The notes beneath the pieces are model-generated. The model did no database searches, was not told where the DNA came from, and saw only the letters and a program-made list of their open reading frames with translations. Positions 29,570 through 43,324 of a stretch of 64,000 nucleotides of DNA are shown piece by piece. The position numbers were made by a program, and so were the translations under genes. Origin of the DNA: Chrysomallon squamiferum (taxonomy: Eukaryota > Animalia > Mollusca); the NCBI GenBank assembly GCA_012295275.1, contig CM022676.1, forward strand, positions 13,082,001 to 13,146,000, written 5' to 3'. Positions within the stretch are counted from its first letter, which is position 1, and each line of letters begins with the position of its first letter.

Positions 29570-32500
29570 TAACAAATAATTAAAAAAAACTCTGTTTCAT
29601 TTTTTCAAATCAGCATTTTATTTTTTTTTTAGATTTAATGTTATTTTATTTTTTTCCATACAGGTGTATCACTGAAGATATCTGGTTCTTTGTCTTATGC
29701 AGTGTTGAATGAGAAATTTTCATTTACTTGTACCGTGTCACAGGCTGCTGGTCTTAGTGACCTGATACAATTTTATAAACTAACTGGAAGTCAAACACAA
29801 CAGATAGGTTCTCTCTATCAGACTGTTGACAGTTGTTCTTTATTCGGTCGTTCTTCTGGCTACACTCCAGTGTGTGGAGAAGGGACAGACGTTGGATCAT
29901 CAAGTGTAAAGAACTACACGCTGACCATAAACAGAACTTCAACTGATGATGAAACACTTTGGTGGTGTCAACTGAATACAGCTTTAAACAAGAGCAACAA
30001 TTTTACTTCACCTGTTTACTGTAAGTAATTATCATATTATCTAATCATTTTAAAAGTACAATATTAAACATTAAACTAAATAAAATGATATTAATTTGTG
30101 TGCGTGTAACATCAAGTAAAATTACATTTCAATACGTAGACTGTAGATAATGTTTATTATATACTATTCTAATTTTATTATTTTAGACGGTCCAAACTCT
30201 ACTACACTCAGTTTAACATCACCTGTTGAAGTGGTAGAAGAACAAAATCTCAGTGTTGACTGTGTTGCTGTGTGTAAGCCAAGCTGTTCCTACTCGTGGA
30301 AGCTGGGAAATGATGAACTCACATCAAACTCTCAACTGAGACTGTCAAACATCAGCAGGAATGAAGCAGGAAATGTTTACACGTGTACAGTGACAAACTC
30401 TGAAACAAAACAGTCTGAAAGTAACACTGTAACACTGACTGTCTTCTGTGAGTTACTCAGATTTTTCTTTGATATTATTGACATCGTTAAAATTTAATAG
30501 ATAGCATTTAAATTAGAATCAGTCTAAAACAAAAGAGTCTAAAAGTAATCAGTTGACACTGACAGCTTATTGTGAGCTATAGTTTTTAATATTATTTAGT
30601 TTGTATTAAAATATATATTTAATTTTGAGTCTCGTTTTCACTAGTATTAAATTACAGTAACAACACCGAAACAAAACAGTCTGAAAGAAACAACTGTTTA
30701 CTTTGAGTTATACTTTGAAAATGTTCCCAATCTCTTACTGTTTTCAACAAAACAGTCGCTTTCCAACATTCATAAAAACAGTCTACAGTTATGTCAAGCG
30801 CAGTAAGAAGAAAATCACAGAAATCAGACGTGATGTTGCTCGTACGAGTTTATGCCGAAACTGTAATACATTTTTCAAACCTAAGTATAATAAATTACTG
30901 ATTTGCTCTTTCATTTCCAGATCCACCAAGTTCGTCTCCAGTTGTTTCAGGAACAACGTTTCCTGTGTTTGAGGGTGACACTGTCACACTGAACTGTTCT
31001 ACAACTGGTGGGAACCCAAAACCAAATCTGAACTGGACATGTTATAATCCTGTACACTGCTCTGACAGAGAAGAAACCAGAACGTGTACAATATCTTTCA
31101 TAGCTAACAGGACTCAGAATAACAAAGTGTGTGAGTGTGTTTCTATTTGGAAGTATGGCGTCTACAACTGGGGAAAAAGCAGAAGCTTGACTATTTATTG
31201 TAAGTGATTTTTATATTGCTTGTAATTGATACACATATCAATATATATTACTGGCTAAGTTCAGAATGTTCAGTCGTGGGTTATTGTTGTGGATTAACAT
31301 ACACAAATACATGCAATTCAACGATTACAACTTGAAATATTTATGTGTAAAAACAATCATTCGTATCTTTAAGTTTTTTCTTCATATTTTCAAGAAGTGT
31401 CAGACATTTTTAATCTGTAAAGAAAACAACCAAAAAACCATTAACTTACAAGAAGAATAGATACACATAGCTGATTCCAATTTATCCCATTTAAATAGAT
31501 AGATCGATAGATTGATAGATAGATAGATAGATAGATAGACAGATAGATACTGGTTTTGTTATGGATGCTAAATTTGATATACCAGATATTTTTGGTACCA
31601 TGTAAATAGTTTACGAAATGTCAGTTTCAGTTTTTCATGAAATATGGATGAAAACATCCACTGGAAATTGAATAAGGATTCACAGTTTCAAATATATTTG
31701 TTTTGTATTTACAAATGTTTCTACCTTAATGTTTCCATTTGAACCTGAATATAACCTTCAAAATACTCATAAGTTAAAACAATAAATCTTACAAAATAGA
31801 TGTTAACACATACATATGTTTGTATCTCTGTATGCATGTGTATATATATATATATGTACGTATGCACGTATGTATGTATCGATTTTAATACTTATTTCTA
31901 GTACAAAATATTTAATACACAACAATTAAAACGAGAATAATTGAAATAAAAGAAAAACATTTTTATATATTGTAAAACAAACGCATTTGAATGTCTTACT
32001 TTCAACAGTCCTCTCCAAAGTAAATAACAATAATAGTAATTTTAGAGCAATTACAGATACAACCAGATTTAATTATATTCCTCTCCTTCTTTATTTGAGA
32101 AAATGTGAGGGAAAAAAGTGAAAAGAAGAGATAAATTCCCCACTTACCTGAATTAAAACGAGAGTTTTTTTAAATAGATCCTCCAAACAAACCAACACTT
32201 TCATCAGATCCAAAACAGCCATGGCTAGAAAATGAAGGGGGCTCTTTGATTTGTTCTTTACCTGACAGTGGTAAAGGAAATCCAGCAGCTCAGTTTTACT
32301 GGATTAGAAATGAAACAAACATACAACACACAGGATCTAAATTGTCACTGACACCTACAAAGGAAGACAATGGAGTCTTATACAAATGTACAGCTGGAAA
32401 TGAATTCACAGACAGAAATGGACAACACAGACCTGAATCTAATTCTCTTCATACGAATGTATATTGTATGTTGTTTAAATGTTTTGTATGTTGTTGTTTT

Positions 32501-33236
32501 CTTTGTTTGTTTGTTTGATTTGTTCATTATGACTTTCACATTAAGTAAATAAGTAAATAGTATTGACATAATTTATGAAGATATTTGAATATTGCTTTTG
32601 ACATGCTCATGTCATCCTGATAAATAATAAACAGGAATAAGCAATGGACGTTAACTGTATTTTAGTTCTCCTCAGTAGTTTTCTGCTAAGTAATGAAATC
32701 TATGTGAACCGTTTTCTGTTTCCTCTCAGACTAATTGTATTTTTCCTTGTTTTTTTTTTTTTTTTTTTTTTTTTGTTGCATGTATTATTTTGTTGCTCTT
32801 CTTCATTTTACATATATTTGTATTTCAATCTGTGTAGATGCACCCAGAGTGAGAATTTTATCAGAGAATCACATAAGAGTTGAACTGAGAAAACTTGTGA
32901 TACTACGCTGTACAGCTGACAGTAATCCAGACAGTGTTGTATTTGAATGGCGAACTGGTACAAAACACCACACTGACGGTTCTCTGTTTCAAATCTGCTC
33001 ATTTCAACAGTCAGACCAACGAGAGTACACGTGTTCAGCAACTTCAAAAACTTCTTTTAACACTTCGTTGTCAGGATCTGCCAGTGTCATTGTTACAGGT
33101 AACACTATTTACACTTTTTTCATGTCACCTTTGTTAGCAAACTCAACTGAAATTGTTATTGTTTCAAAATCTGTTAGATCTAGCCAGTGTCAATTTATAT
33201 ATGCAGACTTTATTAAAATGTGGGTGTGGGTGTGAC

Positions 33237-33269
<33 letters not shown>

Positions 33270-35571
33270 ACACACACACATACATATTATTCCCAACGTT
33301 AAACTATTTAAATATATTGCGGATGAAATTAAAACACATATAAATCCTTTTTCACGTTTTAGTTCTTGAATCAGCTCCTGAATGGTGTTACTGCACAAAT
33401 GTGTTAGAAACTTCAGTAGACATCAAGTGGAAGTACGACAGAAACAAGTTCACTAGATTCACTGTCGAACAACGCTTGTCTACTGAAGACCAGTCTACCA
33501 GTCTACAAGTGTCAGACAATAAGACACACAACAAGACTTTTTCTTTACACATTTCTCATCTCAAGTCCAATTCTTCCTACCACTTTAAAATTTACTCTTC
33601 TGCAAATAAAAATGACAGCCGTTACTGTTTGTTTGTACCACTTTAACAACAACACAGTATAGTAAGTAAAACATATATAATTTAGTATTGTGCATTTCTA
33701 ATTTCACTAAAATTGTATTTTCACAATATTTTATACAGGTAATTGGGTAATCTTATATTGTCAAAATTATTTACATTTTAAATTAAATCATTAGTTCGAC
33801 GTTTTAAAACTTGGTTGCTTTCACTTATTGATTTACTGCTTGCTTTGAAGTATTATTATCAATAAATATAAGAGAATTAACAAAATAAGACAGATCACTA
33901 ATTTAAGTTCTATAATGTATTATTATAATTATTGTAGTAGGATCTTCGTCCCTGGCAACACTAGGGACTGGAATTGGAATTGGTCTTGTAGTAGGAATAG
34001 TTCTGCTCTGCGTTGCTGAAACAATCATTCTACTCATCTTGAGGAGAAGAGGTTACACAATCCGAGGTCAACTAAATTATAAACTCATTCTTTAGTTATT
34101 GTTTTGTTCGTTTGAATGTTTCAATTTTATTATATTTTATTTTGTTTTGTTTTTTGCTTTTAACTAAATATTTATTAAAACACTATCATCCTTTCTTTCT
34201 TTGTTTTTATTATTGATCTATTTATTTATTTATATTTATTTTTTGTCTTAGCTAGTGTTATATATATATATATACACACACACGCACACACACGTATGTG
34301 TATATATAATACATTTATTTCATTGTTTGTTTATTATTTGTTTCTTTCTTCATTTGCTTGTTTAAATAAATTTGAATTATTTTAATCTAACAGTACATAT
34401 TTAGCTTGTTCGATATAATTTTATAATATACCTTTACAGGTTCAGACGGTAAAAATGAAAACGAAATACACACGTGAGTACTGTGTTGAAATATTTCTGA
34501 TTACTGCTCATCATGATGTATGATATTCAGATGTCTCTTCACTAACTTACCTGCAGCTGTTTTCTAATATGTAAATCAATATGTTTAAGTGTGTAAATCT
34601 GCATTATATAGCTACTTCTGTTCCAAGCAACTGCTGTTCTTAAATTATATATGGATGAAATATATATTAGCTGATAATAGCATATGTACACCGTTGCACT
34701 AATAAAAATGCTTCCATAAATTATGTAATTGTCTCGTTATTAAAATCCTACTAAGAACAAATATACTTGATATAGTACTAGTATATTTTGTTCCTGTCCT
34801 GTTTTACAGATATCAAGATGTGTCTATGGATTCAGTTCAGGAAACAGCTGTTCGTTCAGGTAACATAGGATGTGCAATGTTTCGAATGAGTTCTTTTGAC
34901 TTCACTTTTATTACAAAACTGTCGATTCGAAGAAGCTGCCTTGTTAATACTTAAAACGGTTCAAACTGAAAAGCCAGACGGTTAAACACAGATGTTCATT
35001 AAACGTTAAATGAGAAAAAAGTTAGGACCTATTTTCAAAAATAACTAATTAGAAACAAATATACATTTTATTTCAAGTTAAATTTCAAACAAGACTAAAA
35101 GAACATCATTACATTTGCTTTATATTAAAAAATTTGCATTGAATTAAATGAATTAAAATAAACGCCTAATATTTTTTTTCAAACTTACCATAATAAATAT
35201 TTTTCTAGAAAATATAGCTGATTCTACACAAGTTGTGTTTCAAAATGTGTACAAATAGTTTATGGAAATACTAATACATTTATAGAACATTCTCAAACAC
35301 CTGCTGCTGAGTACGAGTGTCTACAATCACATGATGCACCTGCGTATGAAAAGTTGAAGGTGTCCGCCAACAGACGGCGGTCAGGTAAAATTATTTATGT
35401 GTCCTCCATTTTCCCAGATTCCCATTTAGAATTATTTATTTTTATTTACGATGATACAGTTTATCCAAATAAGACGTCAATTGCTAATAACTTCTTATTA
35501 TAGTAAAATGAAATGTCTGTTTGTAAAGAAAATGTGAAAAGTTTTCATTCCTTATTCTTTTTCAATGAGAA

Positions 35572-35668
<97 letters not shown>

Positions 35669-35809
35669 TAGATTTTAAAAATTATTTTTAGGAATGATGG
35701 TTTCCTCAGTGTTTCTCGTTTTTCTAAATTTTTTTTTTTTTTTTTTTATCTCAGTCCTTTTTTTCTCTCTTTTTTTCCCCTAGGAAATGTATATGAAAAT
35801 ACTGTATAA
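28605..35809 (+). CDS. G2: IgSF type-I membrane receptor (leader, V-like Ig, 4 Ig, FN3, TM, tail type B); 4-nt deletion near end of FN3 exon gives stop at 33644-33646
   Basis: Exons 28605-28659, 29664-30020, 30187-30447, 30921-31199, 32178-32465, 32838-33098, 33363-33661, 33938-34066, 34440-34473, 34810-34859, 35286-35384, 35784-35809 (TAA). FN3 exon is 299 nt vs 303 nt in G3. TM LGTGIGIGLVVGIVLLCVAETIILLIL-RRR. Confidence 0.82.
34440..35809 (+). CDS. G2 cytoplasmic tail (four small exons), single ITAM-consensus motif
   Basis: GSDGKNENEIHT|YQDVSMDSVQETAVRS|EHSQTPAAEYECLQSHDAPAYEKLKVSANRRRS|GNVYENTV*; splice phases are mutually compatible and the exons are conserved in G3. Confidence 0.8.
35572..35668. 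repeat. (AAT)n microsatellite
   Basis: Direct inspection. Confidence 0.95.
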
Positions 35810-35866
35810 TTGATTCAACATCAAAACATTTCAAGGATGAAACTATTCGTACATCGCTAGAACTAT

Positions 35867-35869
<3 letters not shown>

Positions 35870-35954
<85 letters not shown>
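35870..35954. repeat. (GA)n microsatellite in G2 3' UTR
   Basis: Direct inspection. Confidence 0.95.
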
Positions 35955-35956
<2 letters not shown>

Positions 35957-36756
35957 ATTTATAACATGGATACATTCAGTCATACATTTATAACATTGAT
36001 ACATTCAAAGAAAGTTGTAATAAAGTGACAGTGTAATGATATTAAATAACATTTTGTTGTGTTTCTCTGTCTGCACGGAATTGATGCTGAACTTTGGTCT
36101 ACAAGACAACACACAATGTCATCCTCGTTTCATGAACTTGTGTAATTTCTGTTTCTAACTTATTTACTGAAAATTATAACAGAACCGATACTTTCACACA
36201 AGATGTGTAACAGTGAGATATTTCAATTTGATATTTATTGTAATAAAAAAAAAGTTCATTGTAAGCTGTCTTGTTTTAATTTCATTGAACTAATTTACTA
36301 TTTCACTTTACTTTACATAGTGTGCTAAACGACAAAATGATTCCGCTTCAGTTTGGAAAGTGGGTTTTTGAAAAAGAAATAAAACAAAACTTACAATTAA
36401 GAAGATAAGCTTTGTAATTCTCTTATATCTGTATTCACTGTCTATTTCATATCAGTTTATTGAATGCATGAGTTTAAATATTTACAATTAACTTGTAACA
36501 GTTAATGTTGATTAATATTTTGTTAGAAAGTTATGTAAATTACATGCGAAATACACAGTTACTGACCGATTCTCAAGTGAGTGACATAAAAACGTAAAGA
36601 AGTAAACAGCTGTAAATGTTTTGTTACACTCAATAATGTAGTAAGTGTCGTACACGCTTTGTTGAGTTAGGCGACTTGTATAAAATATCTCCTCTCTTTT
36701 TAAAATACAAATGTTTTGTAAAGAATTTGATTACTGATAAATAACTAAAAAAAATC

Positions 36757-36958
36757 ATGTGAAATGTAATAAATAAAGTGAAATAAATATAGAAATTAAT
36801 AGAATGACAGCGCTATAGAAACGTGACACAATAACCTAACCTAGATAAAGTTCAACTCGTGTACCAGTACCAGCAAGAAACAAGTTTAGTCACAACATTC
36901 ACAATGGCGCTGTTGAGATATTTACTAGTTTCTCTCATGATTGTTAGATACAGCACAG
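36757..36958 (+). promoter_or_regulatory. Cassette 9, intact (MALLRYLLVSLMIVRYST-G); G3 alternative exon 1a
   Basis: ATG 36904, 55 nt, GTAATT donor. Confidence 0.72.
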
Positions 36959-37122
36959 GTAATTTTTATTTATTTATTTATTGATACAAAACATGTTAGA
37001 TATTACATTACAGGTAATTTTTATTTATTTATTTATTGATACAAAACATGTTAGATATTACAGATAAAACCATGTACTTAAAACATAAGACGTTTATTCA
37101 GTCTGTGTCCTAGTTAGAGCTG

Positions 37123-37197
<75 letters not shown>

Positions 37198-37745
37198 TAT
37201 TAATTCATTTTGTTTGTCTAATTTTCTTATTTTTGTTTGTAGTTGATTATTTTATTTATTTATTTTCGTGCGTCTTGAAAAGAATGACATTTTCGTACTT
37301 TAACCGAGACAAAAGTAAACAGATTTATGACAACAGGAGCGCAGTTGAAAACACGTGACACAAACATAACCTAGATCAAGTACAACTCGTGTACCCGCAA
37401 GAAACAAGTTTAAACACAATATTCACAATGGCGATAGTGGGATACTTACTTGTTTCTGTGTCGATTGTTGGATATTGTTTAGGTAAGTTTTATTGTTGTT
37501 ATTTAATTCATACATTAAAACACATATGTTAGATATTACCGATATAAACCATGTACTGACAACCTATTCAGTCTGTGACCTGGTTACAGCTAGTTTGGTG
37601 TTGAATTTTAACTTGAAGTTTTATCACTGTGTGTTACACAAACTGAACGACGTCTCTGTGAGAAGTGAATGACTCGTTCTGTGAAGACCCAGTTTCATCT
37701 TAGATTTAAGCAATGTTATACATATCACAGTTTGCGACGTATATT

Positions 37746-37786
<41 letters not shown>

Positions 37787-40700
37787 TAATAATAATAAAA
37801 ACAATAATACAACAACAACAATAATAATAATAATAACTACAATTAAATAAAAAATAACACTAAAAATTATGTAATAAATAAATAAATAAATAACAGTTAC
37901 AAAGAAATGCGCATTATCATATTCTGTTGAAAACAGACGAAGTTAAGATTTTGTTTTATTTCGATGTTGTGAAGTGCAGTGTTCTACAGTGATAGTAAAA
38001 TGTACAGTGACAGCTAGTATAGTGTTATAATGTTACAGCGCATTGACACACGCTGAGTATGAAAAGTCTTATATATGTATCCATACAACTTACACTACTA
38101 CTTTTACTCATAGTACCACTACTATTACAACCAGTATTACTCATTGTAATTAACCTACTATTATTACTACTACAAATCTAACATTTCTACAAATGCTACT
38201 ACAACTTCTACTACTGCTACTACTCTATGATAAATAAAAATAATTTATCTTACATGATGAACTAGAATATTATAACTTTAACTATCACTTTGTTTTCATT
38301 TATTTTGTTCAGTTTATCTCTTCGCATCAATGGAGTTGTAGGAGAGAGATACACGTTGTTTTGTTCTGTGACACCTGTTGATAATGTTTCTTTTTCTCTC
38401 AGTTTCCAAAGATCGATAAAAGATACGTATTATACAATGTGTGCAGTTAATATAAAGTGTGCCGAGGAATTTCCTGATTTTGCACATATTTGTGCAATGA
38501 TTGGCTGAAACCTAATTGTCTGCCGCAACGTATATCAACCGTTACGTTTTATTTTTCAGGTTTTTCTATACAGATGAATGGATCATCATCTTGCAGTTTT
38601 GTAAGACAGAAACACACGTTGTTTTGTTCTGAGACACCTGCTGATGATATTTCTTTTCCTATCAGTTTCCAAAGATGGATAAAAGATGTGTGGTATTCAA
38701 TGTGTACAGTTAATATAAAGTGTGCAGAGGTATTTCCTGTCACTGGTTACAACTGTGGATGTATCAGTAGCAGCGGACAAACTCGAGTTTACAATTTGAC
38801 AATTCAAAGACTCAAAGTTACAGATGACACAAACTGGAGATGTCAACATAGCACCAGTTATAGTAACAACTTGAATCTAAATGTTTACTGTAAGTATTTC
38901 TGATAAAATTAGTAAACATTCTTTTATTTTGCTTTGTGATATCAAAATAATTCAGTTATTAGCATTTACTGAAATCAGATGATAAAACTATTTGAATGTT
39001 TATTACATAAATAAACTAAAATATCCATAACGACATGTTTTTATTTAAAAATCTGAGTAACTCCAAATTAGTTAAGACAGAGGATGCTTGAAATCTAACT
39101 GGTTTTGTAAACGAAACATATCCTACAAATATTACTTTGGACTTTCCTTTTTTTTGGAGAGATATTTATATTTTTATTTATACTTTTATTTCATTATTTT
39201 ATATACATGTTTTTTAAAGAAAATAAACCAGCAAGTAAACACTATATTTAAATTTAATGCAACTCACAACAGTAGCATATTAACAGTCAGTTACATTATA
39301 TTTAAAATAACAGTCAGACTCGACACTTGTAAAACAAAACCATAAAAACTATATTATTGTTGTTGTTGTTGTATATATATATATATATATTAACACATGG
39401 AAAGACAAAATATTATATCAACAAATGTGAGTGTGTTCTATGTGCATTCATCATTAAACGACATGAAGAGAGTAATTAGAAATTACAACATTTTCAGCTC
39501 CAGTGACATCAATTACTCTGGAGGTTTCAGGATCTACTCCAGCTTCTGTTGTTGTTGTGGAAGGAAGATCAGTTGAGTTCACCTGTTTTATAGAAGGAGC
39601 AAAACCAGCACCCACAACATCTCAGGTGTCCTGGTACAGACAAGACAAGTCAGGTAGTAACTTCACTTTACCTGGATCACCTGCTACACTACTACACGTG
39701 ACAGAAGTACATCTGTGAACTACACCTACACTGCTGACAGACAACATCACAGCGACAGTGTTTTCTGTGCTGCTAGAAACAGTCTGATGGAGAATAGATC
39801 AGAGTCAGATGTGACATCCACAAGCAAAATTCAGCTTAATGTAAAGTGTAAGATTTACTTTATATTAAACTGTACACAATAGTAATTTCTCAGAATAGCA
39901 AACTGTTAGCTGATAATGCTTTCCAAATTTTGTTGTGTGATTCATAAAGGTCAAAGCATACTTTGTTATAATGTCTTGTAAAACACATTATATGTATAAT
40001 TGTATATATTTTTTAACTTTCTTATATCAACTCAATGTCTGTGAGGATACTGCTACATTCAGATCAGTATGTTTTAATGTATACATTTTAGCTACAAATC
40101 TGTTATCAAGTGACCTTTCATTCAGCTTCATTTTATATTTACTAACTGATCGAATTTCAGGGCTTCCTATCAGTCTAGTTTTATCAGGTGAGTGTCCATC
40201 CATCTACATAAGTTCATTTACTCCAGGAACATGTCACTGTTCTACATCTGACAGTGGGAATCCAGCAGGGAACACTTCCTGGTTTCAACCAGATGGAAAG
40301 AACACAGGAACAGATGACCTTGTACTAAACACAATACCACAAGAGCACGACAACAGGGATTACACGTGCAGAACACAAAATATTCTTGGATCAAAAGAAA
40401 TTATCTTTACACCTAAAATAGCATGTAAGTAAAATAAGATAAAGTCAATAATATGACAGCGATTAGATTCAGTTTTTTAAAATATTTTATTTAATTATCC
40501 AAACTCTGATCAGAATTAAGAAATTTTCTTTCAAGATTCAGATGCAGATTTTTAAAAATTGTGCAACGTGTTAACGGACTTTTAACGTTTTAACCATTCT
40601 GTCGTCTACATAATAAAAATCACATGATTTTGATGATTTAGGTTTACTTAAAACACTTGAACTATAATATATACTAGGACCTGCTCAAGGAGAAAAGAAA

Positions 40701-43292
40701 TGGCTTAATTTACTGTGGGCAAATCAACTCAAATGCCTTTACCCTTGATGAGATATTCAACTAAATTTCTTTAGTTACATTTCTGTAACATTAGATACAT
40801 TTTACAGTGCTTTATGTAAGACATTCTTGTACTTTGTGAAATACTGTCTGTTACAGATTTCAATCATGTTAATTTTCCTACTAACAGTAACGAATTAAAA
40901 ATAAGTCAGAAATTAGTTGTCATGGTTATTGTTTTCATGTTTATGGACATTCCAAAACGTAATAAATCTTAGATTTTCTTTTTCAAGTTATGGATTTTAA
41001 AATTATGTTTGTAAATTGATGGTAACTATTCATTCAAGTAAAACTTACAATATGGTATATTATTCATTCAAATAAAACTTAAAATAACTGAACATGTATA
41101 TAACTACTAAGAAATATAATCTAATCGAAAAAAGAAATATGAAAATAAAATTATAAAAATGAAAATGTGAATCTGACTGGTTAGTAAGGACAACATTCAA
41201 AATTTAGTTGCTTTCGAAAATGTGGATAACAAAATAATGCAAAGTGCTTTAGAAATTGGAAAACAAGCCACGATGTGATATTGAACAGAATAGGCCAAAG
41301 GCATTTGGTTTAGAATACTTTCATATGTGTAGTTTCATAATACGTATGAATTGTTGATGATTTTAACAATCCAAAATACTTAACCTTCTGGGATATTGAT
41401 GATAATGTTTTGCTTTGGGCAAAAAATGTTGAAATTGCAATAAAATGTTGCTTCACATATTTAATGAAATTTCCTTCACCATATATAGTCAGAAGCACAT
41501 GTTTCAGCTAAAATCTATTAACTTAAAGTTACAAGTATTTATTGTACCACCTCAAAAGTTTAGGAAATATCACAGTTTGAATTTTTGATCAAACATGTCT
41601 TGGAAATTAAATAAGGATTAGCTGTTTGTAACAATTTTCTGTATTAACAAATGTTTGAAACATTGATTTTTCGACTTGACCCTGAATATGACTTTTAAAA
41701 TATCCATAGGTTAAAACAATAAATCTTTCAAAATAGAAGTCATAAATATATTTTATTAGTAGTACATACCTCTGTGTCTAGCATTCCCCGAACCCCACAA
41801 ATAAAATATTTGTATTATTATTAATCTTTTTTTTATAACTACTGATCCAGCATTATGTGTAATGCTTATTTACATTACAAGAATTAAAACGAAAATATGT
41901 GAAATAAAAGAAGAGAAGAAAGTACATTTTTTATTGTAGTAATCACACTTTTGTGCCCATCATTCAACAGAGCTCGCCAAGGACAATAATTACAAAACTT
42001 TTACAATAATTACATATAATTCCAGGTATAACTATATTCCTCTGCTTTTAATATAAAAAGAAAAGAAAAACAACAACAAAACAGAAAAAAAAAAAAAAAA
42101 AGAAGCAATTACGTCAACTAATCAGGGAATATTTTAAATAGATCCTCCAAGCAGACCAACACTTTCATCAGATCCTAAACAGCCATGGCTAGAAAACACA
42201 GGAGGCTCTTTGATTTGTTCTTTACCTGACAGTGGTAAAGGAAATCCAGCAGCTCAGTTTTACTGGATTAGAAATGGAACAAACATACAACACACAGGAT
42301 CTAAATTGTCACTGATACCCAAAAAGGAAGACAATGGAATCTGGTACAAATGTTCAGCTGGGAATCTCTTCACAGATACAAATGGACAACACAGACCTGA
42401 ATCTAATTCTCTTCAGATGAATATATATTGTATGTTGTTTACTAATGTTGGTTTAATATTAATTAATTAATTTATTTATTTATTTATCCATTTATTTATT
42501 TACTTCATCTTATTATGTTTAGTTGTTTGTTCATTATTAGTTTCACATTAACTAAATAAGTAAGTAGCTAACTAAATAAATAATGTTCAAATCATTTATA
42601 AAGATGTCTAAAGTAATATTCGAATAGTTGGATTTGACACGCTGATGTCATCCCTATAAACAATGAAGAGAAACATATATTAATTCATCTGCCTTTCATA
42701 ACTGTCCGTATCTTCTGAATATATATTAACTGTATATTAACTTCATTTTTATAGTTTTCTGAATACTTCACGTTTTATTTGCAATATATGTTTTGTGTTT
42801 CTGCTTATTTTATTTTTATTTTTTCTAATTTTATTTCAATCCGTATAGATGCACCCAGAGTGAGAATTTTATCAGAGAGTCACATCAGAGTTGAACTGGG
42901 AAAACTTGTGATACTACGCTGTACAGCTGACAGTAATCCAGACAGTGTTGTATTTGAATGGCGAACTGGTACAAAACACCTCACTGACAGTTCTCTGTTT
43001 CAAATCTCCTCATTTCAAAAGTCAGACCAAGGAGAGTACACGTGTTCAGCAACTTCAAAAACTTCTTTTAACACTTCAATGTCAGGATCTGCCAGTGTCA
43101 TTGTTACAGGTAACTTCATTTACACATTTTTCATATCACCTTTGTTAGCAAACTCAACTGATTTTGTTATTGTTTCCATACCTGTCAGAATTAGCCAGTG
43201 TCAATATATGCAGACTTTATTAAAATGTGGGTGTGGGTGTGTCTATAGATATATATAAACACACATATAGTTGTTCAACAGTGAATCTAGTG

Positions 43293-43324
<32 letters not shown>

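Larger units (their letters stand above)
31590..35950 (+). repeat. Segmental duplication: G2 3' half, paralogous to G3 ~41550-45920
   Basis: Matching exons and recognisably homologous introns through to the (GA)n after the stop. Confidence 0.85.

Noticed and set aside
34460-34825. IHTYQDV as an ITIM and terminal ENTV as a class I PDZ ligand
   Set aside because: ITIM needs I/V/L/S at Y-2 (here H); class I PDZ needs S/T at -2 (here N).
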